From: Mobula hypostoma
Taxonomy: Eukaryota
Reading direction: 5' to 3'
NCBI RefSeq assembly: GCF_963921235.1
Contig: NC_086108.1
Span: forward strand, 92,134,001-92,198,000
DNA length: 64,000 nt
Shown here: positions 1 through 11,550 of the stretch, piece after piece
Layout: each line of letters begins with the position of its first letter
Position numbering within the stretch: position 1 is the stretch's first letter
Made by a program: the position numbers and the translations under genes
Notes under the pieces: generated by a model
The model's database searches: none
The model's input: the letters and a program-made list of their open reading frames with translations, nothing else
What the model was told of the DNA's origin: nothing

Positions 1-735
1 AAGGGACCTCTCACGACAAGATTGCTAATTAACCCTTTCTCATTGCTCAAAACCCAGTCCAGAATAGCCTGCTCTCTAGTTGGTTCCTCGACATGTTGGT
101 TCAAAAAACCATCCCGCATACATTCCAAGAAATCCTCTTCCTCAGCACCTTTACCAATTTGGTTCACCCAATCTACATGTAGATTGAAGTCACCCATTAT
201 AACTGCTGCTCCTCTATTGCACACATTTCTAATTTCCTGTTTAATACCATCTCCGACCTCACTACTACTGTTAGGTGGCCTGTACACAACTCCCACCAGC
301 GTCTTCTGCCCCTTAGTGTTACGCAGCTCTACCCATATCGATTCCACATCTTCCCAGCTTATGTCCTTCCTTTCTATTGCGTTAATCTCTTCTTTAACCA
401 GCAACGCCACCCCACCTCCCCTTCCTTCATGTCTATCCCTCCTGAATATTGAATATCCCTGAATGTTGAGCTCCCATCCTTGGTCACCCTGGAGCCATGT
501 CTCTGTGATCCCAACTATATCATAATCATTAATAACAATCTGCACTTTCAATTCATCCATCTTATTACGAATGCTCCTTGCATTGAAAAAAAAATAACGA
601 AAATTTCAAAAATGTCTTTCTCGGCACTCCCACTCAGACTCTCAGACTCCTTCTTCGAATCAAACCCGAAGCAGGATTTCTGCCCTTTTAAATTTGCCGC
701 GCTGCACTGCCCGACGATAATGAGAGATTTGTCTT
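1..735 (-). mobile_element. CR1 LINE: open ORF2 AP-endonuclease domain (585->1, runs off window) preceded by a putative 5' UTR
   Basis: Manual translation FNARSIRNKMDELKVQIVINDYDIVGITETWLQ...GGGVALLVK...VVYRPP...IMGDFN...PTREQAILDWVL with no stop; 586-735 is CpG-containing non-coding sequence. Confidence 0.9.
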
Positions 736-851
736 AGTTAGGTTTGCTTTGTGATGCAATCAATGCTTTCAATATGGCACACACTTCTCTGAGATATGTT
801 TGATTGTGACCTATCACGTAATATGTGTCCAAGAGAGACATATGTAACTGA

Positions 852-1760
852 TACATAGAATAGTACAGCACAGTACAGGCCCTTTGGCCCACATTGTTGT
901 GCCGACCCTCAAACACTGCCTCCCATATAACCCCCCCACCTTAAATTCCTCCATATACCTGTCCAGTAGTCTCTTAAATTTCACGAATGTATCTGCCTTC
1001 ATCACTGACTCAGGCAGTGTAATAAGGTGTTGAGATTCCATTAAGACATGGGAATATAATTACACCATTTGGCCCATTGAGTCTGCTCTAGCACTCCATC
1101 ATGGCTGATTTATTATCCCTCTCAACCCCACTCTTCTCCTTTCTCCCCGTAAGCTTTGATGCCCTTACGCTTTATAGAGTTATACAGCACAGAAACAGGC
1201 CCTTCACCCCAACTCATTCACAATGACCAATCTGTCTATCTACACTTATACCATTTGCTTGTGTTTCCCTGATATGATAAGATATAGAAGCAGAATTAGG
1301 CCATTTGGCCCATCAAGTCTGCTCCTTCTAAACCAGGGATTCCCAAACTTTTTTATGGCAGGGTCCTTTACCATAAACCGAGGAGTCCATGGACCCCAGG
1401 ATGGAAACCCCTTTTCCAAGCCTTTCTTAACCATTTCTGTCTAAATGTTTTGTTTTTTTTATTAAATTGTACCTACCTCTCCCACCTACTCTGGCAACTT
1501 GTTCCATACACCCACCAACCTCTGCTTGTGAAAACTACCCTCTGAACCACTTTAAATCTTTCCTCTCTCATCTTGAACCTATGCCTCCTAGTTTTAGTCT
1601 CACCAGCCCTGGGAAAAAGGCTGTGATTACCTACCCTCTCCATTCCTCTCTTTGCTCACCTCTGGGCCTCCTTCGCTCTAGAGAAAACAGTCCCAGCCTA
1701 TCTAGTATTTCCTTATAATTCAAGCCCTCCAGCCTAGGCAACATGCCTGTGAATCTTTTA
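852..1760 (-). mobile_element. Cluster of CR1 3'-end fragments
   Basis: CR1 3' UTR motifs (catagaa..acaggcccttcggccc, ggccatttggcccatc) and degraded RT C-terminal sequence. Confidence 0.7.
1334..1412. mobile_element. Short hAT-like MITE
   Basis: Imperfect terminal inverted repeats CAGGGATTCCCAAAC ... GATGGAAACCCCT, about 80 bp. Confidence 0.55.
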
Positions 1761-2714
1761 TGGTGTGTCTAATTCCTGTATTGTGCTGTATATTGTAACA
1801 TCTATACAGGGGAGTTACAGCACCCTGGAGGCAAAAGGATATAAAAGAGTTTTTTTGTAAATGTTTATAACAAATATTATTTCCATAACCTTGGGAGTAA
1901 AAAGAGAGTTCGGTGGAATATGAAAAAAATGTGTTACAGAGTATGTACAAGAATATTTAAAGTAAATAAAATTTAAGTAAGAAATGTTGAGACTTATAAT
2001 GGCCTCAAATGGAAAGCTTTTTATGAAAAGAGTTTATTACGTATTGAATTGCTGCTTCATATTTATTTTCACAAATGAAGACAAGAAATGTAATGTTTTA
2101 GGAGAATTGACTACAGATATTAAATAGGATAAAATTACATAAATAGGTTAACTTTACTAAATGACTGTACTCTGCTATGTGACTGAGGCAGGAGTAGAGA
2201 TTTCACAGGCCTGCCTTTGGGATTAGTACAGTAAGACTACAAAATTAAACCTTTATTCAAAAAAGAAAAGGGTATGAACCTGGTAAGTACAGGCTGATTA
2301 GTCACTGTTGGGAAAACACCAGACATCATTGCTCAAGGACAGAATTAATTCTCTCTTGGAGAGGCCAGGTTTAAAATGGAACAGGCAGTATAGATTAATT
2401 AAGGGTAAATCATGAATGAACAATCTGACTCAGTTTTCTGATGAAGTGACGGGAAGTGTTGATGAACATATTGCAGTGTCTGTTTAATGTAAAACATTTG
2501 ATGAAGTGTCACATAAGGAAACATATTTGGAAAATAGAGGCATGTGGGATTAAAGAAAGTGGTCAATTGTATTTATAAATGTCTCAAGGATAGCAAACCA
2601 AGAATTGTGATTCTTCTGACTAGATATTAAATTTTACATTGCATTAAGATCAGTGCATTTTTTGCCAAATGTTAATTAGCCTAAACTTTGATGTAATGGG
2701 TTTTATTTTAAACA

Positions 2715-2812
2715 ACAGTCACAAAATGCAGGAGGAACTCAGCAGACCAGGCAACATTTATGGAAAAGAGTAAACAGTCAACATTTTGGGTTGAGACCCT
2801 TTTTCAGGACTG
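2715..2812 (-). mobile_element. Penelope-like element tail fragment with a decayed hammerhead motif
   Basis: acaaaatgcaggaggaactcagcag...cagtcaacattttgggttgagaccct...caggactg; same tail as the GIY-YIG-bearing copies at 44553 and 62870. Confidence 0.7.
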
Positions 2813-3002
2813 AAGTTTGTGGAATATCAAAGCCAGATAGCATAATAAATAGGAATGAAGACAGAGGTGCATTTCAGAATGACATAAAATTTCTGATGTA
2901 ACAGACAAAAAGCAGATGCAATTAACTGGAGGCAAGTATGAAATGGTGCACTTTGAAACAATAAAGTTGGAGAAATAGTTAAAACCAAGTTATATTTTGG
3001 GA

Positions 3003-3153
3003 AAAGTACAGTTAATGTTTCAGGCCGAGACCCTTGAGTCTCAGCCCAAAACGTCAACTGTACTTTTTCCATAGATGCTGCCTAGCCTGCTGAGTTCCTC
3101 CAGCATTTTGTGTGTGTTGCTTGGATTTTCAGCAACTGCGGATTTTCTCATGT
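3003..3153 (+). mobile_element. Penelope-like tail with inverted (fold-back) 5' end, inserted into a degraded CR1
   Basis: 13-bp TSD TTATATTTTGGGA at 2990-3002 and 3154-3166; inverted arms at 3001-3069. Confidence 0.75.
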
Positions 3154-3806
3154 TTATATTTTGGGAGAAGTGCAAGCAGATATGGTCCTGGATGAAACAC
3201 ATTTCCAAAGCTATGATGGTAACAAAGATGGGCAATTCAAAGAGTGTTTGGTAATGGGTACATTGAATACAAAATATAGAAGTCACACCTTTTTTTTTTA
3301 GTTAGGATATATTACTGTGCACAGATTAGGACTCCAATTTTTTGGCTGGATATCAAAGCCTTGGAGAGAGTACATTCATTCAGTGGTTGAGAACTTCAGA
3401 TACATGGAAAGACTGAAAATTTAATGAGCAGAAATGTTTAAGGGAAGACTGATTGGAGATATTTAGTAATAAGGGGTTCTGATGGAACAGATAAGGAAGA
3501 CTTACCTCAGGCAAGTTCATCAATAACAGGAGGCAGTATATCCTGCATTACTTTGATCAATATTCACTGTTATCTTCAAAGAATCCAGTTAAGTTCGTCA
3601 GACATTATTTGCATTTTATAAATCCATGCCTTTCTGTAAGAAAGTAATGTTGTATATTACAATACCTATTTGGCTTATTGTGTTTCATAATACAATATTT
3701 GTTTCAATTAACAGTTTAATGTTATCTTCTGGGTTTGTAATTAGTGGTCAGCTTTCAGCAGAATTGCAATAATCATGCTTTTATATCTCTGTTGCTATAT
3801 TTTTAG

Positions 3807-3967
3807 CCAATGCTCTGACTCAGTGTTTTGGTGAAAGCTGCCCAGAATTCACTGCAACTGTGAACAATCCCTTGACAGCTGAGATCTGTGTGATGCATAC
3901 AGTCTTCGAGACGTCTTTACACTCTGTTTCAGCAGTACAAGATCTGATTACACAGTTGTTCTTTTAA
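3807..3967 (+). CDS. Probable terminal coding exon of an unidentified + strand gene
   Basis: Acceptor ttatatctctgttgctatatttttAG; phase-1 frame xNALTQCFGESCPEFTATVNNPLTAEICVMHTVFETSLHSVSAVQDLITQLFF-TAA; followed by unique AT-rich sequence with AATAAA at 4111-4116. Confidence 0.6.
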
Positions 3968-4110
3968 CTATTTTTAGTTATTTTTATTCAACACATTGGA
4001 ACATGAAATATATAATGAATACACTTTGATGCAGGAACACAAAAATATTCATGCCTATTTCTGAAACTGTAATTCCTTACTTACAAAAATGGTTTATTCA
4101 ATAATGCACA

Positions 4111-4116
4111 AATAAA
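4111..4116 (+). promoter_or_regulatory. Candidate polyadenylation signal
   Basis: AATAAA about 145 nt after the TAA of the 3807-3967 exon. Confidence 0.4.
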
Positions 4117-4974
4117 AATAATGCCTTAAAGAAATGTGCTAACTTTTAAAGCTAGGGTTCACAAATTATAGTGAGAGACACTGTATTCTTTAGCAAAATG
4201 ACACAGCATTTTATTTTTATGCTGGTATTTTTCTGTAGCTTCAAGGCTTAATAACTATCCTCAACTTAAAGCCTCTAGTGTAAATTTTCAGACTTTCCTA
4301 AATTATCCATTGTCAGTGTCAAAGGAGATAATGCGTCACCACTGGAATGTGATCAGTTATAATCACACAGTTTCTACACTGATCGCAAGAAATATGGTGC
4401 GTGAGCAGAGTCAAAAGAGAAAAAAGAAATCACTAGTATCATTTGCTTGTATTGCATGAATTGAATGAGGAGGGGCTGGTGTTATGTATATCCAGATCCC
4501 TCAGCTTCATGGAGAATCACTGCTGACCGTGTCACCTGCCACTTGAATGCACTCTGATAACATATAAATCACCCTCCTCAATGCACGTCAGAAGGAAGCC
4601 CTGAACTGGTCTCAGAACCTCAGGCAATTAGAATTCTATCCATCTTGCTGAGCATGTAAGGAAAGCGCCGCATTCTTTAATCCTTCTACTGCAAGTTGTA
4701 GTTGGAGTTTGGGAAAGCTCCCATTGACTCACCTGAGAGATGACTCCCTGCAGTTCCCAAGTTAATAGAGACACAAAGAAACAAATACTGCGGATGCGGG
4801 AATTGAAGGTAAAAGGAGGAAATCCTGGTATAGCATGTGCCTGTGGAGAACGTTAGAGTGTCAGGTCGAAGGCATTTCATTGGAACCTGAAATAATGAGT
4901 TTGTTTCTTTCTATCTATTATACCCAGGTTTCCAGCATTTTCTGTATTTATTTGGTTAGCAACAAGAGAGCAAG

Positions 4975-5640
4975 TAAATGTGAAGAAAGCACGGCAGCAC
5001 TGCTGCTTCCTTAGGAGTCTGCGGAGATTCAGCGTGACATCAAAAACTTTGATAAACTTCTACAGATGTGCAGTGGAGTGTGTATTGACTGGCTGTATCA
5101 CGGCCAGGTATGGAAACACCGATGCCTTTGAATGGAAAATCCTACAAAGGGTAGTAGATTCAGCCCAGTGTATCATAGGTAAAGCCCTCCCAACCATTCA
5201 GCACATCTACATGAAATACTGTCAAAGGAAAACAGAGATGCTCACCACCCAGGCCATGCTCTTTTCTCACTGCTGCCATCAGGTAGAAGGTACAAGAGTC
5301 TCAGGACTTGCACTACCAGTTTCTAGAACAGTTACTACCCCTCAACAATCAGGCTTTTCAATAAAAGGAGAAAACGACACTCACTTGATCCCACAACTAA
5401 TGATCTCACTTTAAGGACACTTTATCTTGTCATTCCATATTCTCATTATTTATTGCTACTTATTTATATTTGCATTTGCGCAGTTTGTTGTCTTCTGACT
5501 TCTGGTTGATCTTTCTTTGATCCTGTTATAGTTAATATTCTATAGATTTAATGAGTATGCCCACAGGAAAATGACTCTCAGGATTGTATATGGTGTCATA
5601 CATGTACCCTGATAACAAAACTTACTTTGAAATTTTGAAC
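4975..5640 (+). mobile_element. Rex1/Babar-type LINE 3' fragment
   Basis: KKARQH..FLRSLRRF..KTLINFYRCAVE..LTGCITA.YG C-terminal region; tail actttgaa repeats. Confidence 0.8.
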
Positions 5641-6214
5641 GCTAAAAACTGGCTCTCCGTATGTCGAAGTTCAACTCTGCCAAAATAATGGGAAGTAGAA
5701 ACTCATTGCTGATTGTCCATCGGCAGTATCAAGGCTTTTGTGCAAAAGAATCCAGGTGGAAATATGCAGGTTGCACTCATTTCCAAAGAATTGTAGAGTC
5801 ATACAGCACAGAAACAGTGTGCTGAGGGGCCTTAGTCCATGCCGAACTGTTATACTGCCTAGTCCCATCAACATGCACCATGACCATTGCCCTCCACACC
5901 CTTCCCATCCACGTATCTATCCAAATTCCTCCTAAGTATTGAAATTGAACCCATGTCTACCTCTTCCGCAGTCAATTTGTTCCACACTCCCACCTGCAGT
6001 AACAATTAGTGTTAAAATCAGGATCAACACCTGAGAATCAAAATTCACAGGAAACAAACAGAAGGGAAAAGGTCAAAAGATGTTAGAAATTACAAAGGAA
6101 CACAGGGTACTGAGCCATTGAGCCGTTCAGCAGGATGCACCATCTGTGACACAAATCTATATATAATCCTTTTCCTTTAAATTCATTATGTTATCAGTCC
6201 CAAACTGAAAATCA

Positions 6215-6768
6215 CCCAAAGATTTGGAATATCACCAAAAACCTGAGCAAATTTCCACAGGTACACCATGGAGTGTATTCTGGCTGGTTGAATCACCACC
6301 TGCCGTGCAGCCTCCAATGCATTGAATCCAAAATGGCAGCAGAGCCTTGTAGACTCAGCCAACTCCATTACGTGCACAACCCTCTCCACCATCAATGACG
6401 TCTTCAAAAGGCGGTGCCCCAAGAAGCTGGCATCCATCATTAAGGACCTTCACCATCTGGGACATGCCCTCTTCTCATTGCTACCATCAGGGAGGAGGTA
6501 GGAGAGCTTAAAGAGCTACACTCAACATTTTAAGAGCAGCTTCTTCCTGTTTGCCGTGAGATCTTTGATATGGTCCATCAACCCATGAATGATACCTTGA
6601 TTTTCCTCTTTCAAACTATTTATTTGCTGTTTTGTTTATTATTTGGCAATTAATTTATTTTTTATTGCAACATATAATATTTTATGTCATACACTATGTT
6701 GCTGGCATAACACAGCGAACTTCATGATATACAGCACGTTAGTGATAATAAACTTGATTCTGATTCAG
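6215..6768 (+). mobile_element. Rex1/Babar-type LINE 3' fragment
   Basis: Degraded ...ASIIKDLHHLGHALFSLLPSGRR...; tail gattctgattc. Confidence 0.75.
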
Positions 6769-7084
6769 ATCAATTGCCACTTGTGCGTGAGAGGTTCAAA
6801 CATCTACCAGCCTCTGTATGTAGAAATATCTCTTAATTTCATTCCTGGTATGGCTGGCCCTGTGCTTCCGAGTCATGGAGTCTAAGACCAACAGGAATAA
6901 TTTCTCCCTATCCATCTCATCAATGCCTGAATACTTTCAATTATATTACACCTTAACTGTCAAAATTCTACAGAACATTTAACAATTAAAATTACACTTG
7001 AAATTATATCAGTCTGATTGACCTGTTGGCAAATCTACCCTGCACTCCCAAAAGGCCATTTATATCCTTGGTGGGAGTGCAGTG

Positions 7085-7347
7085 GAGCTGCACAGTAGCA
7101 TAGCATCTAGCACAATGCTTCTCAGTAACTCACGATCAATTCCTGCTACTGTTTCCAGGAAGTTTGAACAATTGCCCCGTGACCATGAGGGTTTCCTCCA
7201 GGTGCCCCAGTTTCCTCCAGCAGTCCAAAGACATACCGGTTGGTAGGTTAATCAGTCATTGTAAATTGTTCTGTGATTGGTGGATTGCTGGACAGTATGG
7301 CTCGAGGGGCCAGGAGGGCCTGTTGCTCAAAAAATAAATAAATAAAT
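7085..7347 (+). mobile_element. tRNA-derived V-SINE (HE1-like)
   Basis: V-domain gggtttcctccaggtgccccagtttcctcc..tccaaagacata..ggttggtaggttaat; CR1-like tail then (AAAT)n. Confidence 0.75.
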
Positions 7348-7834
7348 CCTTCCATTGGACCAGGTTGTAGATTACTTTATATTCTCATGTTTTTCTTGTA
7401 GTTTATCTTTCCTATACTTGCTTATAATTTTATATAATCACCTATATACATAATTGTTCAGTACATTTTCCAGTATATCAGATTCTATAATTTCTAGAAG
7501 CTTCTCAGTTTTTCTGCATCAGGTGTTGCACTTCTTGAATCTGGTTATGAGGTGGGTTGATTGTTGTCACCAGAACGTTGTTAGGTCTAGTCTGAGTATG
7601 AGATGACCATGACTGCTTTTTCTTTCGCTCTTGTAACATTTATTAAAATGGCCATAACCACAAAGTTTTATGCCTCATTCTTCACTTCTGAAGAACCTCC
7701 AGATCACTATCACCAGATCCACCAGTTCCTAAAATGAATTCAGAAAATTCTGGAGATATTAAATGGGTCATATTGTACCTATGGAAAGAGAAACAGAGTT
7801 AACCAAAATCATTGGCTATTTTCCATCCCACAGT

Positions 7835-8055
7835 AGCACAGGGGTGTAGCAGTTAGCGTTATGTTACCTCAGTGCCAGTGACCCAGATTCAATTCTGCCA
7901 CTGTCTGATAAGCGTTGAATACTCTTCCAGTGACCTCATTTCTTCCTGGTGATCTGGTTTCCTCCCACATTCCAATATACACAGAAGGGTTAATTGGGTT
8001 GTGTGGGCTCATTGGGCCAGAAGAGCCTGTTATTGTGGTGTATCTCTAAATAATT
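7835..8055 (+). mobile_element. V-SINE (HE1-like)
   Basis: Degraded tRNA head, ggtttcctcccacattcc V-domain, gggccagaagagcctgtt tail. Confidence 0.7.
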
Positions 8056-8065
8056 AAAAGATGAA

Positions 8066-8640
8066 AGCAACACACAAAATGCTGGAGGAACTCAGCAGGC
8101 CAGGCAGTATCTATGGAAGAAAAGTACAGTCAACGTTTCAGACCAAAGCTCTTCAGCAGGACTGGAGAAAAAATAATGAGGAGGGTGGCGAAGGGAAGAG
8201 AGACACACAAGGTGATAGGTGAAACCAGAAGGGGGAGGTATGAAGGAAAGAGTTGGGAAGTCGATTGATGGAAGTGATACAGGGCTGGAAAAGGAGGGGG
8301 GTAGTCTGCTAGGTGAGGACAGAAGGTCCTGAAAGAAAGAAAAGGGGGGAGGAGCACCAGAGGGAGGTGATAGACAGGCAAGGAGATAAAGTGAGAGAGG
8401 GGAAATGGGAATGGGGAATGGTGAGGTTGGGGGTGGGGGGGGGGTCATTACCAGAAGTTTGAAACATCGATGTTCAATCCTTCCGGTTGGAGGCTACCCA
8501 GAGAGAATATAAGGCATTGTTCCTCCGACCTGAGTGTGGCTTCATCATGACAGATTCATCACATTGAGGAGTCCATGACTGACATATCGGAATGGGAAGT
8601 TGAATTAAAATGGGTGGCCACTGGGAGATCCCACGCTTGA
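8066..8640 (-). mobile_element. Penelope-like element 3' fragment
   Basis: GIY-YIG C-terminal remnant (..EEQCLIFSLGSLQPEG..), purine/pyrimidine-skewed UTR, hammerhead-like tail at 8127-8164. Confidence 0.8.
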
Positions 8641-9403
8641 TCTGCTGAGTATACAGCATCTAGCACTTCTCTTTATTAGAGTTTTTTTTTAATTTAGATT
8701 TCTAGGATCTAGTTATTTATGCTGATGTACTTCCTAAAGTATTGAGATCAGAAATAAAAGTGGAAAATTCTAGAAACACTCAGCAGCTCAAGCAGCTTCT
8801 ATAGGAAGAGAAAGAGAGGTAATATTTCAAGTCTAAGATTCTTCAAATATAAAATTAGAAGCAATACCTATGAATTAAATTTCAAATGAAACAAGCACTC
8901 TTCTGTTTCAACCCAAAACATTATATCTCTTAGAGCCATTGAACTGTAGAGTACAGTAACAGGCTTTTTGGCCCAATTCATCCATGCCGAATGTGATACC
9001 TATCTACATTAATCCCTTCTTTGCATTAGACCCCAATCCCTCCAATGCCATTCCTATCTCTATATCTGTCCAAATGCCTTGTAAACATTATAATTGTATC
9101 CACCTTCAGCTGGAATGTGGCAGTTTATTCCATTAACAACCATCAGCGTCTGTGTGAAAAAAAAATGCCCCTCGTGTCTCTTTTATATTTCCCAGTCAGC
9201 TTAAACCTGTTCCCTTTGTTTTAGGCTCCCCAGCCCTGTAAAAAAAAACTCTGTCTACCCCATCAAAGCCCCTCATAACAACAGGTCAATAACAGATACC
9301 ATATCACCAACTCTTCATTCAGCCCTGAAACACTGGAACATCTCAGAATCAGGTTTAGTATAATTGACATATGTCCTGAAATTTGTTAACTTTGTGGCAA
9401 AAG

Positions 9404-9882
9404 TGTGATGCTGCCAGGACACTGGAGCAGGGATCCAATCGCAGACTCAGTACTGTGCACATAGTGATAGTAATTGAGTAACAAATCTCGAGGTTCAAAC
9501 AAAGTCAGCGTCAAAGTTCAGGCAGAGATCAAAACATCCAGAGAAATCCAAAAACCAGAATCAGGAAACAGGCAGAGTTGATATTCAGATGGACAAAGTA
9601 CAGTTATGAATACTGGAAATTTCACTGGTACAATCGGGCAACAAACAGGTGAAAACACAGGACTGAAATACACTGAGCAATAAACAGAGAGGCAGATGAC
9701 AGGTGGAGCACAATGAGACACAGGTGGCAGCAATACAGGTAATAATGAGAAGCAGATGAGAGAGGGACTACTCAGTAATACAGGGGCCGGAGAAGAGCGG
9801 GAGTACATGGCAATACAAAACCACAGACTGACGGCTAGGGGAAAACACACAAAAAGACAAAGTTCATCTGGAGATACTGACA
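9404..9882 (-). mobile_element. Probable solo LTR (Gypsy-like)
   Basis: TGTGA...TGACA termini, 479 bp, non-coding, interrupts a LINE tail; no clean TSD. Confidence 0.6.
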
Positions 9883-9945
9883 GATGCAAAACATAATAAA
9901 TATAGGGAAAAACTAAATTACAGTAAGTATATATATATGTATATT

Positions 9946-10725
9946 AGATAGATAGACATACTTTATTGATCCCAAGAGAAATTGGGTTTCGTTACATTTG
10001 CACCAACCAAGAATACAGTATAAATATAGCAATATAAAACCATAAATAATTAAATAATAATATGTAAATTATGCCAATGGAAATAAGTCCAGGACCAGCC
10101 TATCGGCTCAGGGTGTCTGACCCTCCATGGGAGGAGTTGCAAAGTTTGATGGCCACAGGCAGGAATGACTTCCTATGACGCTCTGTGTTGCATCTTGGTG
10201 GAATGAGTCTCTGGCTGAATGTACTCCTGTGCCCAACCAGTGCATTATGTAGTGGATGGGAGACATTGTCCAAGGTGGCATGCAACTTGGACAGCATCCT
10301 CTTTTCAGACACCACCGTCAGAGAGTCCAGTTCCATCCCCACAACATCACTGGCCTTACGAATGAACGTGTTGATTCTGTTGGTGTCTGCCACCCTCAGC
10401 CTGCCGCCCCAGCACACAACAGCAAACATGATAGCACCGGCCACCACAGACTCGTAGAACATCCTCAGCAGTGTCCGGCAGATGTTAAAGGACCTCAGTC
10501 TCCTCAGGAAATAGAGACAGCTCTGACCCTTCTTGTAGACAGCCTCAGTATTCTTTGACCAGTCCAGTTTATTGTCAATTTGTATCCCCAGGTATTTGTA
10601 ATCCTCCATGTCCACACTGACCCCCTGGATGGGAACAGGGGTCACCGGTACCTTAGTTCTCCTCAGGTCTACCACCAGCTCCTTAGTCTTTTTCACCTTA
10701 AGCTGCAGATAATTCTGCTCACACC
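9946..10725 (-). mobile_element. Rex1/Babar-related LINE 3' fragment (second family)
   Basis: 198-aa ORF KTKELVVDLRR...YKYLG...KKGQSCLYFLRRLRSF; (CTAT)n tail. Confidence 0.85.
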
Positions 10726-11550
10726 ATAGTTAAATAGTTAATTTAAAATAAGTAGTGCAAAAACAGAAATAAACATTAAAAAGTAGTGAGGTAGTGTTCT
10801 TGGGTTCAATGTCCATTCAGAAATCGGATGGCAGAGGGGAAGAAGCTGCTTCTGAATTGCTGAGTGTGTGCCTTCAGGCTTTTGTACCTCCTTCCTGATG
10901 GTAACAATAGGAAGATGGCAGGTCCTGAGTGATGGGTGTCCTTAATAATGGATACTGCTTTCCTGAGGCACTGGTCCTTGAAGATGTCTTGGATACCATG
11001 GAGGGTAGTACCCATGATATAACTGACTAATATTACAACTTTCTGCAACATACTTCGACCTTGTGCAGTAGCCCCCCCCCCGACCACCCCCCCATACCCC
11101 CCACCATACCAGACAATGATGCAGCCAGTCAGAATGCTCTCCACGGTACAACTGTAGAGGTTTTGAGTGTTTTAGGACTGTGAAGGTATATATATCAGTA
11201 TGCTCTTCATTGAATTCAGCTCTGCATTCAATATTATGATTCTCTCAATACTAGTCAGTACACTTCAAGGCTGAGGCCTCTATATCTCCTTGTGCAACTG
11301 GATCCTTTATTTCCTCATTTGCAGACCCCAATCAGTTCAAATTGGCAATAACATCTCCTCCACAATCTCCATCAGCACTGGTACACCACAAGGCTGTGTG
11401 CATAGTCCCCTGCTCTACTTGCTTTATACGTATGTCTGAGAGGCAAAGCACAGCTTAAATTTAAGTTCAAATTTAGGTTTGCTGACTACACCACTGTTGT
11501 TGGCCGAATCAAAGGTGATGACAAATCAGCATAAACGTGGCAGATTGATA

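Larger units (their letters stand above)
9345..11170 (-). mobile_element. Rex1/Babar LINE 3' part interrupted by a solo LTR and a second LINE
   Basis: ORF 10806-11144 (ESILTGCIIVWYG...SIIKDTHH...LLPSGRRY); tail split into 9345-9403, 9883-9945 and 10727-10800. Confidence 0.8.

Noticed and set aside
22..462. 146-aa + strand ORF and many similar ORF-track entries
   Set aside because: Antisense or off-frame shadows of LINE coding sequence.
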